Counted from the stretch's first letter, positions 27,362-36,647 are shown. The stretch is 64,000 bases of DNA from an uncultured virus (IMG/VR IMGVR_UViG_3300005680_000003) (IMGVR_UViG_3300005680_000003:1-64000), one strand, 5' to 3'. The notes: generated by a model not told the origin, from the letters alone. Numbers and translations are program-made.

Positions 27362-27799
27362 TCACTCGTCCGACTGGCCGAACGGGTCGGGGTAGGTGAT
27401 CTGTGCGCGCGAGGCTCGGGCCTGCCGGTCCCGCACGTACACCCGCCACAGGTCCCCCCACTCCTCGCCGCGGCCCGCGACAACCACGGTCAGGTCGTGC
27501 CCGGGGAACGCAGCGAAGAACGCTTCGAACTCGGCGGCGACGTCTTCCGGGCCTGTGTGGTTCAGGCCGCCGTCGTACAGGACGATCCAGGGACCGGTCT
27601 TGCGGGTCAGGATGCCCTCGTCGGTGTCGACGTCCTCGGACCTCACGACCACCTTGAACAGGCCCACGTCGTCAGCGCCTCGGTCCCAGGTGGTCCAATC
27701 CCTACCGCCGTCATCCGCCTGGCGGATCTCGGCCCACGTCAGGGGCGGCTCGATGCGCAGGTCACCTTCGTGCACGCTGATATGGGTGTAGTAGCTCAT
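27362..27799 (-). CDS. DUF6205-like phage protein
   Basis: G.LRIEPPLTWAEIR, TDEGIL, FPGH, G.GEE.GDLWR; first gene after the promoter. Confidence 0.6.
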   Translation of the reverse strand: MSYYTHISVHEGDLRIEPPLTWAEIRQADDGGRDWTTWDRGADDVGLFKVVVRSEDVDTDEGILTRKTGPWIVLYDGGLNHTGPEDVAAEFEAFFAAFPGHDLTVVVAGRGEEWGDLWRVYVRDRQARASRAQITYPDPFGQSDE

Positions 27800-27832
27800 C
27801 GAACATCCTCCGCTAGTTGAACTCATCCTCGT

Positions 27833-27849
27833 GTCTAGTCCAACTATAC
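27833..27849. promoter_or_regulatory. 17-bp operator-like site overlapping the -10 of the accessory-operon promoter
   Basis: GTCTAG-TCCAA-CTATAC; minus-strand TATAGT at 27843-27848. Confidence 0.65.
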
Positions 27850-27907
27850 GGCATGGCCAGCCCGGGATGTCCAGTCCCCGACGCACGCGAACCCGGGGAA
27901 CGACAAC

Positions 27908-27938
27908 GGGGCAGTCGCCGTCCCCGTGCGACTGCCCC
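27908..27938 (-). terminator. Hairpin ending the lysis transcript
   Basis: GGGGCAGTCGC-N9-GCGACTGCCCC, perfect 11-bp stem. Confidence 0.65.
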
Positions 27939-27987
27939 CCAACAGTGTCCTCCCCGACCCGACAGCCCACCTAGCCTGACGCGCCGA

Positions 27988-28350
27988 TCACATCCCGGTC
28001 GGAGGGGTCACCGGGGCCGGCGGCGCAGACAACCCGTGCGAAGCCAGGATGTCGATCACTTGGTCGTGCCACTGCCGATCAGCGGTCAGGTACGCCAGAA
28101 CCACCCGCTCCGTGACCCGCATCCGTGCGATCTGGGCCCGCAACTCCCCGATCTCACGGTCCTGACGCTCCATCTCGCCCTGCTGGCGAAGCATCAACCT
28201 GCCAGAGGCCTCCTCGATCTGGGAGGCCACGTCCGCGCGGGACTTCCGGTTCGTCGCCCGCGCCGTCGCCCGCGTCGCGACGAACCCCGCGAGGCCGGCC
28301 AACACCGGCGACGCCACCGTCAGGACCGCGACCCATTCGGTGGGACTCAC
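27988..28350 (-). CDS. Membrane-anchored coiled-coil lysis-cassette protein
   Basis: N-terminal TM (WVAVLTVASPVLAGLAGFVA) followed by a coiled coil; typical last gene of actinophage lysis cassettes. Confidence 0.65.
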   Translation of the reverse strand: MSPTEWVAVLTVASPVLAGLAGFVATRATARATNRKSRADVASQIEEASGRLMLRQQGEMERQDREIGELRAQIARMRVTERVVLAYLTADRQWHDQVIDILASHGLSAPPAPVTPPTGM

Positions 28351-28808
28351 GACCATCCACCATCGGGGTCGTGGTACCGGCCGGCGACGACCGGCTCCTG
28401 CGCAGCAGCCGCCGAGATCAACGCCAGGACCGCGTGCAGGACCCCAGCACGGAACGGCCAACCCCAACCCACGCCCGACAACAGATCCACCATCCATGTC
28501 GACCAGAACAGCACCGCGACAATGCTGTACGTCGTCACGGAAGCGATAAATGCCAACCGCACAACCCGCCAACTCAGGTACAGGCCGACCGTCAGGGCCG
28601 CCGCGATCACAAAGTGCACCACCGCGAGCACGATCACGCCGGTGCCCCCACCGAACAGCCGCCACCCCAGGTCATGGCCAGTAGCCGCACCGTCGATGCC
28701 CAGGCCGATGTGCGCCAGGAGCACGGCCACCGTTGCATGCCCGTACCCCGGGTGGGTGTCGAATACTCTCGGCCGCAGACGACCCCGCAGCAAGTCCCAG
28801 ATCGGCAT
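28347..28808 (-). CDS. Multi-pass membrane protein (lysis cassette)
   Basis: About four hydrophobic segments. Confidence 0.7.
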   Translation of the reverse strand: MPIWDLLRGRLRPRVFDTHPGYGHATVAVLLAHIGLGIDGAATGHDLGWRLFGGGTGVIVLAVVHFVIAAALTVGLYLSWRVVRLAFIASVTTYSIVAVLFWSTWMVDLLSGVGWGWPFRAGVLHAVLALISAAAAQEPVVAGRYHDPDGGWS

Positions 28809-28811
28809 CTG

Positions 28812-30164
28812 TCAGGCCAGGCCAGCCATCGTCGTCGCGAACGACCACCCCTCCGACCGGTCCATCGACGTCTCCCAGATGAACGACCCCCGGATCCCCC
28901 GCGACCCCTTCATCGCCGCAACCACGTCCCGGTACACACCGATCGTGTTGTGCCCGTTGGGGTACCCGGTCCGGGTGATCGCCCCGATGACCATCTTGGA
29001 CCACGGCACGCCGGCCCGCTGCGCCTCGTCGAGCTTCAACGGGACGTGCGCCCGCAGGAACGCCGGGTCGTTGTACTCACGGGAGTCGTAGAACTGGAAC
29101 TGGAGTAGCGACAGCAGGCCTTCCCGTTCGTGGGCGGCAGCGATCGCGTAGTAGAACGACTCGTATGGCCTCGGCGTGAACGAGATCCCGAACCCGGGAC
29201 CAAACCGGGACCGCAACCGCCTCGACACCTCCAGCAGCCCGTCCTGCGTGAACCCGCCGGGCCCGTTCTCCAGGTCGTAGTCGATCAGTTGGAACCCGTA
29301 CGACTCGACGATCCGCGAGATCCCGTCAGCGGCCCTGACCGCCTCGGCCTGAGTGCGGATGACCGTCGCAAACTCGGCCTTCACCCCTCCACCAACGGAG
29401 GCACCCCACACCACGCCCCGTTCCTGCGCAGCCCGCACCTCGCGGCGGAACGACGCGTCGTCCTGCACGACAGGCTGGAACGTCATGGTCTGGCCGCCGT
29501 TGCCGAGGATGAACGACGCATACAGCACGTTGAAGGCCGGGTGCACTTCTGCGACACGGGGGCCCTGGTACTGCTGCCAGTACCCAGCGACCACCCACGC
29601 GGGCAGCGTGCCACCGCCAGGCCCCGGGATGGGTTCCACGTGACGGAACGACACCGGCAGCCCCTCACGGGCATTGGTGAGGATGAAGTTCGCGGCGGCG
29701 CCGTGGCCGGCCAGGACGTACCCGCCGGTGGGGATCGACACGTTGTGGTTGCCGGCTGACGCCCGCGCCTGGTCGACAACCAGGCCGACCAGGCCGCCCG
29801 GCCCGACGACAACCAGAGCCCCGTACTGGTTGAACGCCGTCTTGGGACCTGATGCCGTTGTGACAGCGATCAACTGGTCCGTGCCTCGACCGGCCCACGT
29901 CGGGGAGATGAACCCGGACGGGTGGGTGGAAGGGGTCGGGTCCACCGCTGCGAGCTGCCACTCGGCCTCCCCGATCCTCACCCGGTTCGGCTCGGGCTCG
30001 GGGTCGGGCTCGGGGGACCTTGCCAGGTCGACCGACCGTGCCACCACCGTGCCGTCGTCATCGAACACCAGCACCACTGCGGTCTTCCCGCCCGTGACGT
30101 CAGTGGTCACCCGCGACGTGCTGTCGTCGACGTGGTCGACCCTGATCGAGTCGATCACGCTCAC
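28812..30164 (-). CDS. GH18 (chitinase-like) glycoside hydrolase with N-terminal accessory domains
   Basis: VAGYWQ, FNVLYASF, SVGG, YGFQLIDYDLE (DxDxE), QFQFYD, KMVIG, GSFIWE. Confidence 0.8.
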   Translation of the reverse strand: MSVIDSIRVDHVDDSTSRVTTDVTGGKTAVVLVFDDDGTVVARSVDLARSPEPDPEPEPNRVRIGEAEWQLAAVDPTPSTHPSGFISPTWAGRGTDQLIAVTTASGPKTAFNQYGALVVVGPGGLVGLVVDQARASAGNHNVSIPTGGYVLAGHGAAANFILTNAREGLPVSFRHVEPIPGPGGGTLPAWVVAGYWQQYQGPRVAEVHPAFNVLYASFILGNGGQTMTFQPVVQDDASFRREVRAAQERGVVWGASVGGGVKAEFATVIRTQAEAVRAADGISRIVESYGFQLIDYDLENGPGGFTQDGLLEVSRRLRSRFGPGFGISFTPRPYESFYYAIAAAHEREGLLSLLQFQFYDSREYNDPAFLRAHVPLKLDEAQRAGVPWSKMVIGAITRTGYPNGHNTIGVYRDVVAAMKGSRGIRGSFIWETSMDRSEGWSFATTMAGLA

Positions 30165-30472
30165 TCGGTCACCTTCGGAACGTGCAGCGTCGGCAGAGAA
30201 GTGATGTCGACGGACCCGTCGGAGCCGACCTTGGCGTACACCGGTGACCGGGCCCACCCGAGGAGCGCCCCAGCCTTCGGGAAGAACTTCTCGGTGACCG
30301 CGACCAGCAGGTAGAACCCGACCGTCAACGCGACCGTGAGCGCGTTCACAAGGGCCTCCTCCTCGATCCCCAGGGTGACCAGCGCCCACCGGCCGGCCAC
30401 CGCGTAGATCAGCAGGGCGAGGTTGCGGACCGTGGCGGGCGCGATGTCCTTGAGGGGTAGCTTCGGTTCCAT
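30161..30472 (-). CDS. Putative holin
   Basis: 103 aa, two TM segments, ...E..FP.AG.LLG...P.Y pattern; directly follows the endolysin. Confidence 0.7.
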   Translation of the reverse strand: MEPKLPLKDIAPATVRNLALLIYAVAGRWALVTLGIEEEALVNALTVALTVGFYLLVAVTEKFFPKAGALLGWARSPVYAKVGSDGSVDITSLPTLHVPKVTE

Positions 30473-30490
30473 TCGATGCCTCCTGGGGGG

Positions 30491-31279
30491 TTACCGGACC
30501 ATCCGGCGGGCGAGCTCGTCGGCGACCGCCACAGCGATCACCTCGGCGTTCAGGGCAGGACCACCGCCGGGGCCAGCGGGGAGCTTGGCGACAACCGCCT
30601 CCGCGATGGCCTGCACATCAGCGGGCCGCGAGGCGCGCTGCAGCATCACCCCGGTCGTCGTCGAGTCACCGAACTTCGAACCCCACACGACTGCAGCGAT
30701 CCTGCTCAGGTCTTCCTGCGTCAGCGGCATGCCGTCATCTGTCCCTTCACGGAGGAGTGCAGCCGCTGACGGAATGACCTCGTCCAGCAGCTGGGTGAGC
30801 CGGATCGTGCCCGGGCAGGAGTGCCTGCCCGGGTTCCATGGGTCGAACTGGCGGTGGTAGCCGATCCCTGAGTCGCTCATGGCCTGCACGAGTCGGGCAG
30901 GGGCACCGGTCTGCCGACAGAACCAGGCGATGAGCGCGACCAGCGCGTCGGCCTGACGAGGCGACCACCGTTGCTCCGGGTTGCCGGCGTCGCTGGTCTC
31001 GACGGACACGCAGTACGGGTTGCCGGCGGCCTGGGCGTCTGCCTGCCGGTCGATGCTCTGCCACTGCCAGACCGCTCCGTCCAGCAGTCGCCCGTCCCAC
31101 GGGCCACCGATCCCGAAGTGGGCCTCGACGCCGTCATAGCCCTTCTGCCGGAACATCGAGTCGGTTGGACCGAGGTAGCCGGCGATGGTGTGGACGACCA
31201 GGATCCGCGGCGTGATCAGCGGTTCGTCCGAGGGGTCCGCGAGGGGCCGCCACGACGCGGCGGGGTACCGGGTCTGCAC
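30491..31279 (-). CDS. Endolysin, N-acetylmuramoyl-L-alanine amidase (Amidase_2)
   Basis: LVVHTIAG, AHFGIG, QWQS..RQADAQAAGN, SVET, IGYHR...HSCPG zinc-amidase motifs. Confidence 0.9.
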   Translation of the reverse strand: MQTRYPAASWRPLADPSDEPLITPRILVVHTIAGYLGPTDSMFRQKGYDGVEAHFGIGGPWDGRLLDGAVWQWQSIDRQADAQAAGNPYCVSVETSDAGNPEQRWSPRQADALVALIAWFCRQTGAPARLVQAMSDSGIGYHRQFDPWNPGRHSCPGTIRLTQLLDEVIPSAAALLREGTDDGMPLTQEDLSRIAAVVWGSKFGDSTTTGVMLQRASRPADVQAIAEAVVAKLPAGPGGGPALNAEVIAVAVADELARRMVR

Positions 31280-31330
31280 TGTGCCCCCCTCCCTCGTCCG
31301 CGCACCACTTACCGGCCCCACAGGAAGGGT

Positions 31331-31347
31331 ATCTAGCCAGTCTTGAC
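31331..31347. promoter_or_regulatory. 17-bp operator-like site upstream of the lysis cassette
   Basis: ATCTAG-CCAGT-CTTGAC in an intergenic gap. Confidence 0.6.
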
Positions 31348-31394
31348 CCAGGGTTCAACCTGACGTGATGTCGGCGTGCCGGGCCACGCAACGA

Positions 31395-31432
31395 ACTGGC
31401 CCCCTCCCCCGCGCACGGGGGAGGGGGCCAGT
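31395..31432 (-). terminator. Strong hairpin after the helicase gene
   Basis: Perfect 17-bp stem ACTGGCCCCCTCCCCCG / CGGGGGAGGGGGCCAGT with a 4-nt loop. Confidence 0.8.
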
Positions 31433-31442
31433 AGTCGTGGGG

Positions 31443-33212
31443 TCACAGTGCCCACGACAGCGACCCCGGGTCGAGGGCCAACTGTGCCCGGGTCACCGCG
31501 ACGTAACCGAGCTTCTGCTCCTCCCGACCCGGCTCGACGACGGACTCACCGCGGCGCCGCGGCTGCGGGAAGTCCCCACCGATCTTGACCCGCGGCCACT
31601 GCAGGCCCTTCGACTTGTGCGCCGTGATGACCACGACGGCGTCCCGGGCCCCGGCCTGACCGATCTCGAGCATCTCGCCGACGACCCGCTCGATCACGTC
31701 GATGGTCTGCTCGGTGACCAGCTTGTGCAGCATCTCGACCTTCTGGTCAGCGACACCGGACTCCACGGCGACCTCAACCTCACGCCACGACCCGAACGCC
31801 GCGAGGTCATCGTGCAGACGCGCGGGCGGCAGGCCCCCCATCAGCCACCGGACGGTCCCGGCGAGCAGCGCCAGGTCCTGCCGGGTGCCGGGAGTCACCG
31901 CGGCCTTCCGGCCACCCTCGAGCAGGGCCAGAACCTCACCGATCATCCCGGCGTTCGTGCGGCACAGCACCGCGTCGGGGTCGGTCATCGACCCGGCGCC
32001 CAGGACGGTGCCCGGCTTGCCGCCGCCGTCGACCGTCCAACGGGACCCGAGCCGCCCGAGGAAGGCATTCCCGGCGCCCGCGACCTCGGGCCCGAACCGC
32101 CACGACTTCGTCAGCGGCAGCCGCTTCGCGTCGTCCGGCTCGACGTTCGTCAACGCGTTCACGGCGCCCCGCCAGGCGTAGATCGACTGCCAGGTGTCGC
32201 CGACCCACACTGTCTGCACCGTCTGCGCACGCATCACGGCCTCACAGACCGGCGCGGTGTCCTGTGCCTCGTCGACCAGGATCATGTCGGGGGCCATGCG
32301 GGCGCCGCTGCCCGGCTGGGTGAGGTCGGGGCGGGTCATCGCCCACATCTTGGTGAGGTGCCCGTTGGTGATCCGCAACTGGCCCTGCGCGGAGGTCAGG
32401 TCAGCCCAGGCCCGCACCGCGATCGGAACGATCGCCGCGGCGGCAGCAGCGTGGTCGTCGTCCTCGTCGGCGACCTCGGCGGGCACGTGCGCGGCGGTGA
32501 TCTGAGCGTCCGCGGAGGTGCACCACGCCTCGACGGTCCGCAGCGCTGCGGACGCGGCCCGCACCGGCTGGATGACCTGCGTCTCGCGCCGGGTCACCAC
32601 GACCCCACCCGTCTCGCTGGTCACCGTCGCGACGTACCGGGTCGGGGCCTTGTCCAGGCCCAGGTGTCGCACCACGTCGGTCAGCTTGCGGATCGGGCCG
32701 CCCGCGCCCTTCGCGTCCCGCTGCGCCCTGAACTTGACGACGGCCTCGGCGGGGGCACCGGCGAAGCCGAGGGAGTCGAACGTGCGGGCTTCGACGTTAC
32801 GGGGCATCCTGGCCTGCGCCTCGGTCTGCATCGACTTGTTGAACACGACGAGGAGGATCCGCTTCGCGGGGTGCGCGCGGGCGATGAGCTCGAGGGTGCT
32901 CGTCTTCCCGGTGCCAGCCAGTGCCTCGACGACGACGGCGCGGCCGGTGGACACGGCGGCCAGGATCGCGGTCTGTTCGGGGGTTGGCGGGAACTGCCCG
33001 GCCGGGACCGGGGCTGCGGTGGTGGGGGTGATCTGGCCGGCGAGGCGCTCGAGGGACACCTGGCCGCCGCGCCACGTCTTGGTGGCGGGGTGCCAGCGGA
33101 ACCCGGCGGCCTTGATCCGGTCGCGGACGGGGTAGGTCGCGCCGGACAGGGCGATGGTGCGGCCGTCGCGGGTGGCGGTCACGCCGGGGATGGGTGCGGT
33201 GATGGTGTCCAC
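31443..33212 (-). CDS. UvrD/Rep-family SF1 DNA helicase
   Basis: PTPEQ, ALAGTGKT, ILVDEAQD, VGD.WQSIYAWRGA, LTKSWRFG, LCRTNA, TAHKSKGLQW, YVAVTRA. Confidence 0.92.
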   Translation of the reverse strand: MDTITAPIPGVTATRDGRTIALSGATYPVRDRIKAAGFRWHPATKTWRGGQVSLERLAGQITPTTAAPVPAGQFPPTPEQTAILAAVSTGRAVVVEALAGTGKTSTLELIARAHPAKRILLVVFNKSMQTEAQARMPRNVEARTFDSLGFAGAPAEAVVKFRAQRDAKGAGGPIRKLTDVVRHLGLDKAPTRYVATVTSETGGVVVTRRETQVIQPVRAASAALRTVEAWCTSADAQITAAHVPAEVADEDDDHAAAAAAIVPIAVRAWADLTSAQGQLRITNGHLTKMWAMTRPDLTQPGSGARMAPDMILVDEAQDTAPVCEAVMRAQTVQTVWVGDTWQSIYAWRGAVNALTNVEPDDAKRLPLTKSWRFGPEVAGAGNAFLGRLGSRWTVDGGGKPGTVLGAGSMTDPDAVLCRTNAGMIGEVLALLEGGRKAAVTPGTRQDLALLAGTVRWLMGGLPPARLHDDLAAFGSWREVEVAVESGVADQKVEMLHKLVTEQTIDVIERVVGEMLEIGQAGARDAVVVITAHKSKGLQWPRVKIGGDFPQPRRRGESVVEPGREEQKLGYVAVTRAQLALDPGSLSWAL

Positions 33213-33351
33213 TGTGGGCCTCCGTTTCGTCTACTCTGACGATACGACACCCGGGTCATGTATGACAACCGCATTGTCTAGGGCAGTTCCCTGCACTAGG
33301 GTGTGTGTGTTGCCGGTCCGACCCACGGACCCGAACCCCGAGGAGGGGCCC

Positions 33352-33648
33352 ATGACCACAACCGCCCAGCAGTTCAGCACCGCGGCCGGTTGCGCAGCAG
33401 CCCCGTCCCTGACCGCGCACCCACAGCACCCCGAGCACAACACCGACGGCATCGTCGGGTACCTGGTCCGGCACACCATGAAGGACGGCCGCCGACTGCC
33501 CGACACCAACGGCAGAGTCGGCACCGACCTCGCCGTCTACCTCGACCCCCACGACTACGGCGTCGCCCTGTCCTACGCCCGCGACCTGCGCACCCCCGGC
33601 AACTACGCCGTCATCGACACCCTGTACGCCTGCGGCTGCAGGTCCTGA
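33352..33648 (+). CDS. Hypothetical protein
   Basis: GAGGAGG RBS before ATG 33352; GC3-rich codons. Confidence 0.7.
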   Translation: MTTTAQQFSTAAGCAAAPSLTAHPQHPEHNTDGIVGYLVRHTMKDGRRLPDTNGRVGTDLAVYLDPHDYGVALSYARDLRTPGNYAVIDTLYACGCRS

Positions 33649-33675
33649 CCCCCGACCCGTGAAGGGAGGGCCCCC

Positions 33676-33837
33676 GTGCCCACCACACCCGCCCACCGCC
33701 CCGCCTGGCAGGTGGTGTGCCCCGACCACACCACTACCCCCTGCGCCAACCGCGCCGCCGCCGAACGGCTCCGGGACCGCATCGAGCAGGCCGGCCACTG
33801 CCGGCTCCCCCACGTCGTCCAGGAGGTGCCCCGGTGA
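33676..33837 (+). CDS. Small hypothetical protein
   Basis: GGGAGG RBS before GTG; coupled to the next gene. Confidence 0.55.
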   Translation: MPTTPAHRPAWQVVCPDHTTTPCANRAAAERLRDRIEQAGHCRLPHVVQEVPR

Positions 33838-34100
33838 CCGACCGGTTCACGGACCTGTTCCCGCCACCCCCCGCGGACCGGCCACCGGCCACCGCCCACG
33901 AGACCCATCTGCTCCGTGCCCAGGCCGAGCTAGACGCCCTCCGCCCGCGCTGGCAGGCAGCCCTCGACCGCCGCGCCGCAGCAGTCGAGGCCGCGGTCCA
34001 CGACCCCGACCCGACCACCCGCATCACCATGTACCGGGCCGCGAAGATCCTCGGAGTCCGTGAGCGGGTCGTCCGCAAACTCCTCGGCCTCGACAGCTGA
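33834..34100 (+). CDS. Small coiled-coil + HTH protein
   Basis: AGGAGG RBS; C-terminal ITMYRAAKILGVRERVVRKLL; paralog of 63592-63864. Confidence 0.7.
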   Translation: MTDRFTDLFPPPPADRPPATAHETHLLRAQAELDALRPRWQAALDRRAAAVEAAVHDPDPTTRITMYRAAKILGVRERVVRKLLGLDS

Positions 34101-34101
34101 A

Positions 34102-34174
34102 CCGGGCCCCCTCGGGGGTTGCGCTGCGACAACCCGGCCCTGGGCGGCGCGCAACCCTTCCGAAGGGGACCCGG
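34102..34174. terminator. Imperfect long hairpin between convergent genes
   Basis: CCGGGCCCCCTCGGGGGTTGCGC ... GCGCAACCCTTCCGAAGGGGACCCGG. Confidence 0.55.
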
Positions 34175-34175
34175 C

Positions 34176-36647
34176 TCAGACCCCGAGGACCCGTGGACCG
34201 ATCGTCCGCGCGAACCCCCAACCCTTCGATGCGTCAATGCTCTGGTCCCAGTGGAACGCCCCACGCAACCCCGACCACTGCGACTCAGCGGCATCCCAGG
34301 CAGCCTGGATCAGGGGAATCGTCGATGCCGGATACCCCGGTGACGGTGCCTGCATGAACCCGATCATCACCTTCGACTGAGGTATGCCCGCAGACAGACA
34401 CGCCTGCACCTTCTGCTGCACGACCGGCGTCAACCGCGAGTCGGTCGCCTCGACGAAGTCGTAACACATGATGCCGAGATATGCAGGGTTGTGGCCGGCG
34501 TCGATCATGGCCTTCACGCAACCCGTCCACGCCGCGGTCCTGTTCCCGAACAACGCGACGGTCACCCCGATGATGAAGTTCGCGCCGAACGCGGCCCTCA
34601 TCTGCCCGGCCAGCGACACCAGCGACGTCTGGTTCCACGTCGGCCCCGGTTCACCCTCGAGGTCGATGTCGATGCCGTTGAACCCATAAGTGTTCACGAT
34701 CGAGGACAACGACGAGACGGCCTGTGTGACCTGCGTCGGGTTCGTGATGGTGATACCTCCATCCCCCGAACCACCGAACCCGAAGATGACGTTAGTGCCC
34801 CGGGCCCTGACCGCTGCAACCTGCGAGGCCATCCCGGACACCGACGGCCCGTTCGACGGCGCCCACTGCACCAGACCCGTGCCACCCTGCGCGGACTGCC
34901 CCATGCACGCGATCACATGGTTGACCAGGCCCGGCGAGTTCCCCGACCCGATCACGTCCGCCGGCCACCCCGACAACGGCGGCTGCTGCCACCCGTTCAG
35001 CCACATCCCGACGAGCCGGCCCGACGGCCCAGGCTGGTCAGGGTTTCCGGGGTCCTCTGGCTGCTCGACACCCTCCCCGCGGATCACAACCGTCATACCC
35101 GTGCTCGCTGACAGTGCAGGGCTGGTCGTCGCGGAAGACGTCCCCGTGGAGGTCGCAGCATTGTCGTGCACGTGGGCAGCTGCCTGCCCGGCGAGCGTCG
35201 ATGGAACCCCAACCAACGGCAGCAACCGCAGATCCGGGACACCGGACCATGTGACGGCCGCAGAGGAAAGCACCCCCGACCATGCCCGCAACACCAGGCC
35301 CTGCGCGGTGACCGCGACCGACGGCGCCTCAACCGTTGTCCCGCCGTCACCGTCCTGCTGCCACACCGGGCCCGCGAGGATCGGGTTCGTCGCGTGTGCA
35401 CCCTGCACCCGGGCGAGCAGCACCTGCTGCACCGCCGGCACCCCTCCGCCGCCTCCGCCGCCTCCGACGGTGTAGCAGCGAACCGTGTCGACCCGCACCC
35501 GACAGTCGTTCCCTGCGCCCTTGACCTGCAAGAAGGTGATACCCGTCGTGTACTGCGTGGTCGTCGCCGTCCCGAACGCCGGTTCCGGAGTCCCGTCGTT
35601 CCACACCTTGACCTGCACGCTCGACCCGGACAGCAGCATCCGCGCCCACACCTTGCCTGCACCGCCGGCCCATGTTCCGGACTGCTTCGGGGTGCCGCCC
35701 GAGTAGTTGACGACGTCGTACAGGAACCACTGCCCGTTCCGGTCGATCCTCAGGCCGACCCCTGTGGTGGACAGGCCTCCGGCGTCTGCTCGGGCGTACC
35801 ACCAGACGTCACCGCCGCCCCCGGTGAACTGGAAGCTCGAGGAAATGTCCAGGTCGCTGGCCGGCGCCCCAACCAGCTGCACAGAGATCCGCGCCGTGTA
35901 CCCGGTACCCGTACCGGCATAGAGCTGGGCGGTCCCGTCCTGGATCTGCGCCGTCGCCCCCGCCCTGACCTCCTTCGCCTGCCAGTTCGACGACAGCGCA
36001 GCACCGTTCGCGCCCGGGAAGTCATCGGACACTGCAAGGGACCCACCGCCGGTCGTGCCGCCCTGGGGTGCGTTGAAGGTGTACGCCTCCGGTTCGCTGG
36101 CCCCCGCGTTCTTGGTCCACACCTTTCCGCCGCCCGAGGCCGTCGCGACCCCCGAGCCGCGCTGCACCCACGTTGAGTCAGGTGCGGTCAACCCCGCCAA
36201 GGTGCCAGCCCCGTCACACAACTGGACCGCGACCAGCAGGTCACCCACGGCCGTCCCTGACGGCTTGGCGACCGTCCCGGACCCAGGACTCGACCACGTC
36301 CACGACGTCAGGGTCAGGTCGCCAATCGACGGCGGCGGCACAGGCTCCCCACCGAAGTCCTCCCCTCCCACGCCGGGCCCCTGCGCTGCGGCACTCACCG
36401 ACCGGCGCCTGGCGATCGCCCCAGCCCGCGCCGACCCGAACACTTCCCGTACCGGTGCCGCTGACGCGAGCTTCCCCTCCGCGGCCCACAGTGCATACCC
36501 CGGGTGGGCCTCCAGCACCCGGTCACCGGCCCGGTAGACACGCTGCCCGCCCCACCACAGGTCGACCGCCGCGTGCACCTCGGCGGACGTATCAGCGCCG
36601 GGTCCATATGTTCCGCCGCCGTATACGGTGGCGCCGTATACACCCAT
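34176..36647 (-). CDS. Minor tail/receptor-binding protein with C-terminal GH18 domain
   Basis: Last tail gene; YG-rich N-terminus, beta-sandwich-like middle; C-terminal FGFGGSG, YGFNGIDIDLE, IMCYD, KVMIG, GAFHW. Confidence 0.8.
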   Translation of the reverse strand: MGVYGATVYGGGTYGPGADTSAEVHAAVDLWWGGQRVYRAGDRVLEAHPGYALWAAEGKLASAAPVREVFGSARAGAIARRRSVSAAAQGPGVGGEDFGGEPVPPPSIGDLTLTSWTWSSPGSGTVAKPSGTAVGDLLVAVQLCDGAGTLAGLTAPDSTWVQRGSGVATASGGGKVWTKNAGASEPEAYTFNAPQGGTTGGGSLAVSDDFPGANGAALSSNWQAKEVRAGATAQIQDGTAQLYAGTGTGYTARISVQLVGAPASDLDISSSFQFTGGGGDVWWYARADAGGLSTTGVGLRIDRNGQWFLYDVVNYSGGTPKQSGTWAGGAGKVWARMLLSGSSVQVKVWNDGTPEPAFGTATTTQYTTGITFLQVKGAGNDCRVRVDTVRCYTVGGGGGGGGVPAVQQVLLARVQGAHATNPILAGPVWQQDGDGGTTVEAPSVAVTAQGLVLRAWSGVLSSAAVTWSGVPDLRLLPLVGVPSTLAGQAAAHVHDNAATSTGTSSATTSPALSASTGMTVVIRGEGVEQPEDPGNPDQPGPSGRLVGMWLNGWQQPPLSGWPADVIGSGNSPGLVNHVIACMGQSAQGGTGLVQWAPSNGPSVSGMASQVAAVRARGTNVIFGFGGSGDGGITITNPTQVTQAVSSLSSIVNTYGFNGIDIDLEGEPGPTWNQTSLVSLAGQMRAAFGANFIIGVTVALFGNRTAAWTGCVKAMIDAGHNPAYLGIMCYDFVEATDSRLTPVVQQKVQACLSAGIPQSKVMIGFMQAPSPGYPASTIPLIQAAWDAAESQWSGLRGAFHWDQSIDASKGWGFARTIGPRVLGV

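Noticed and set aside
33919..33935. Additional operator at CTAGAC
   Set aside because: Half-site only, inside a CDS; the left half does not match
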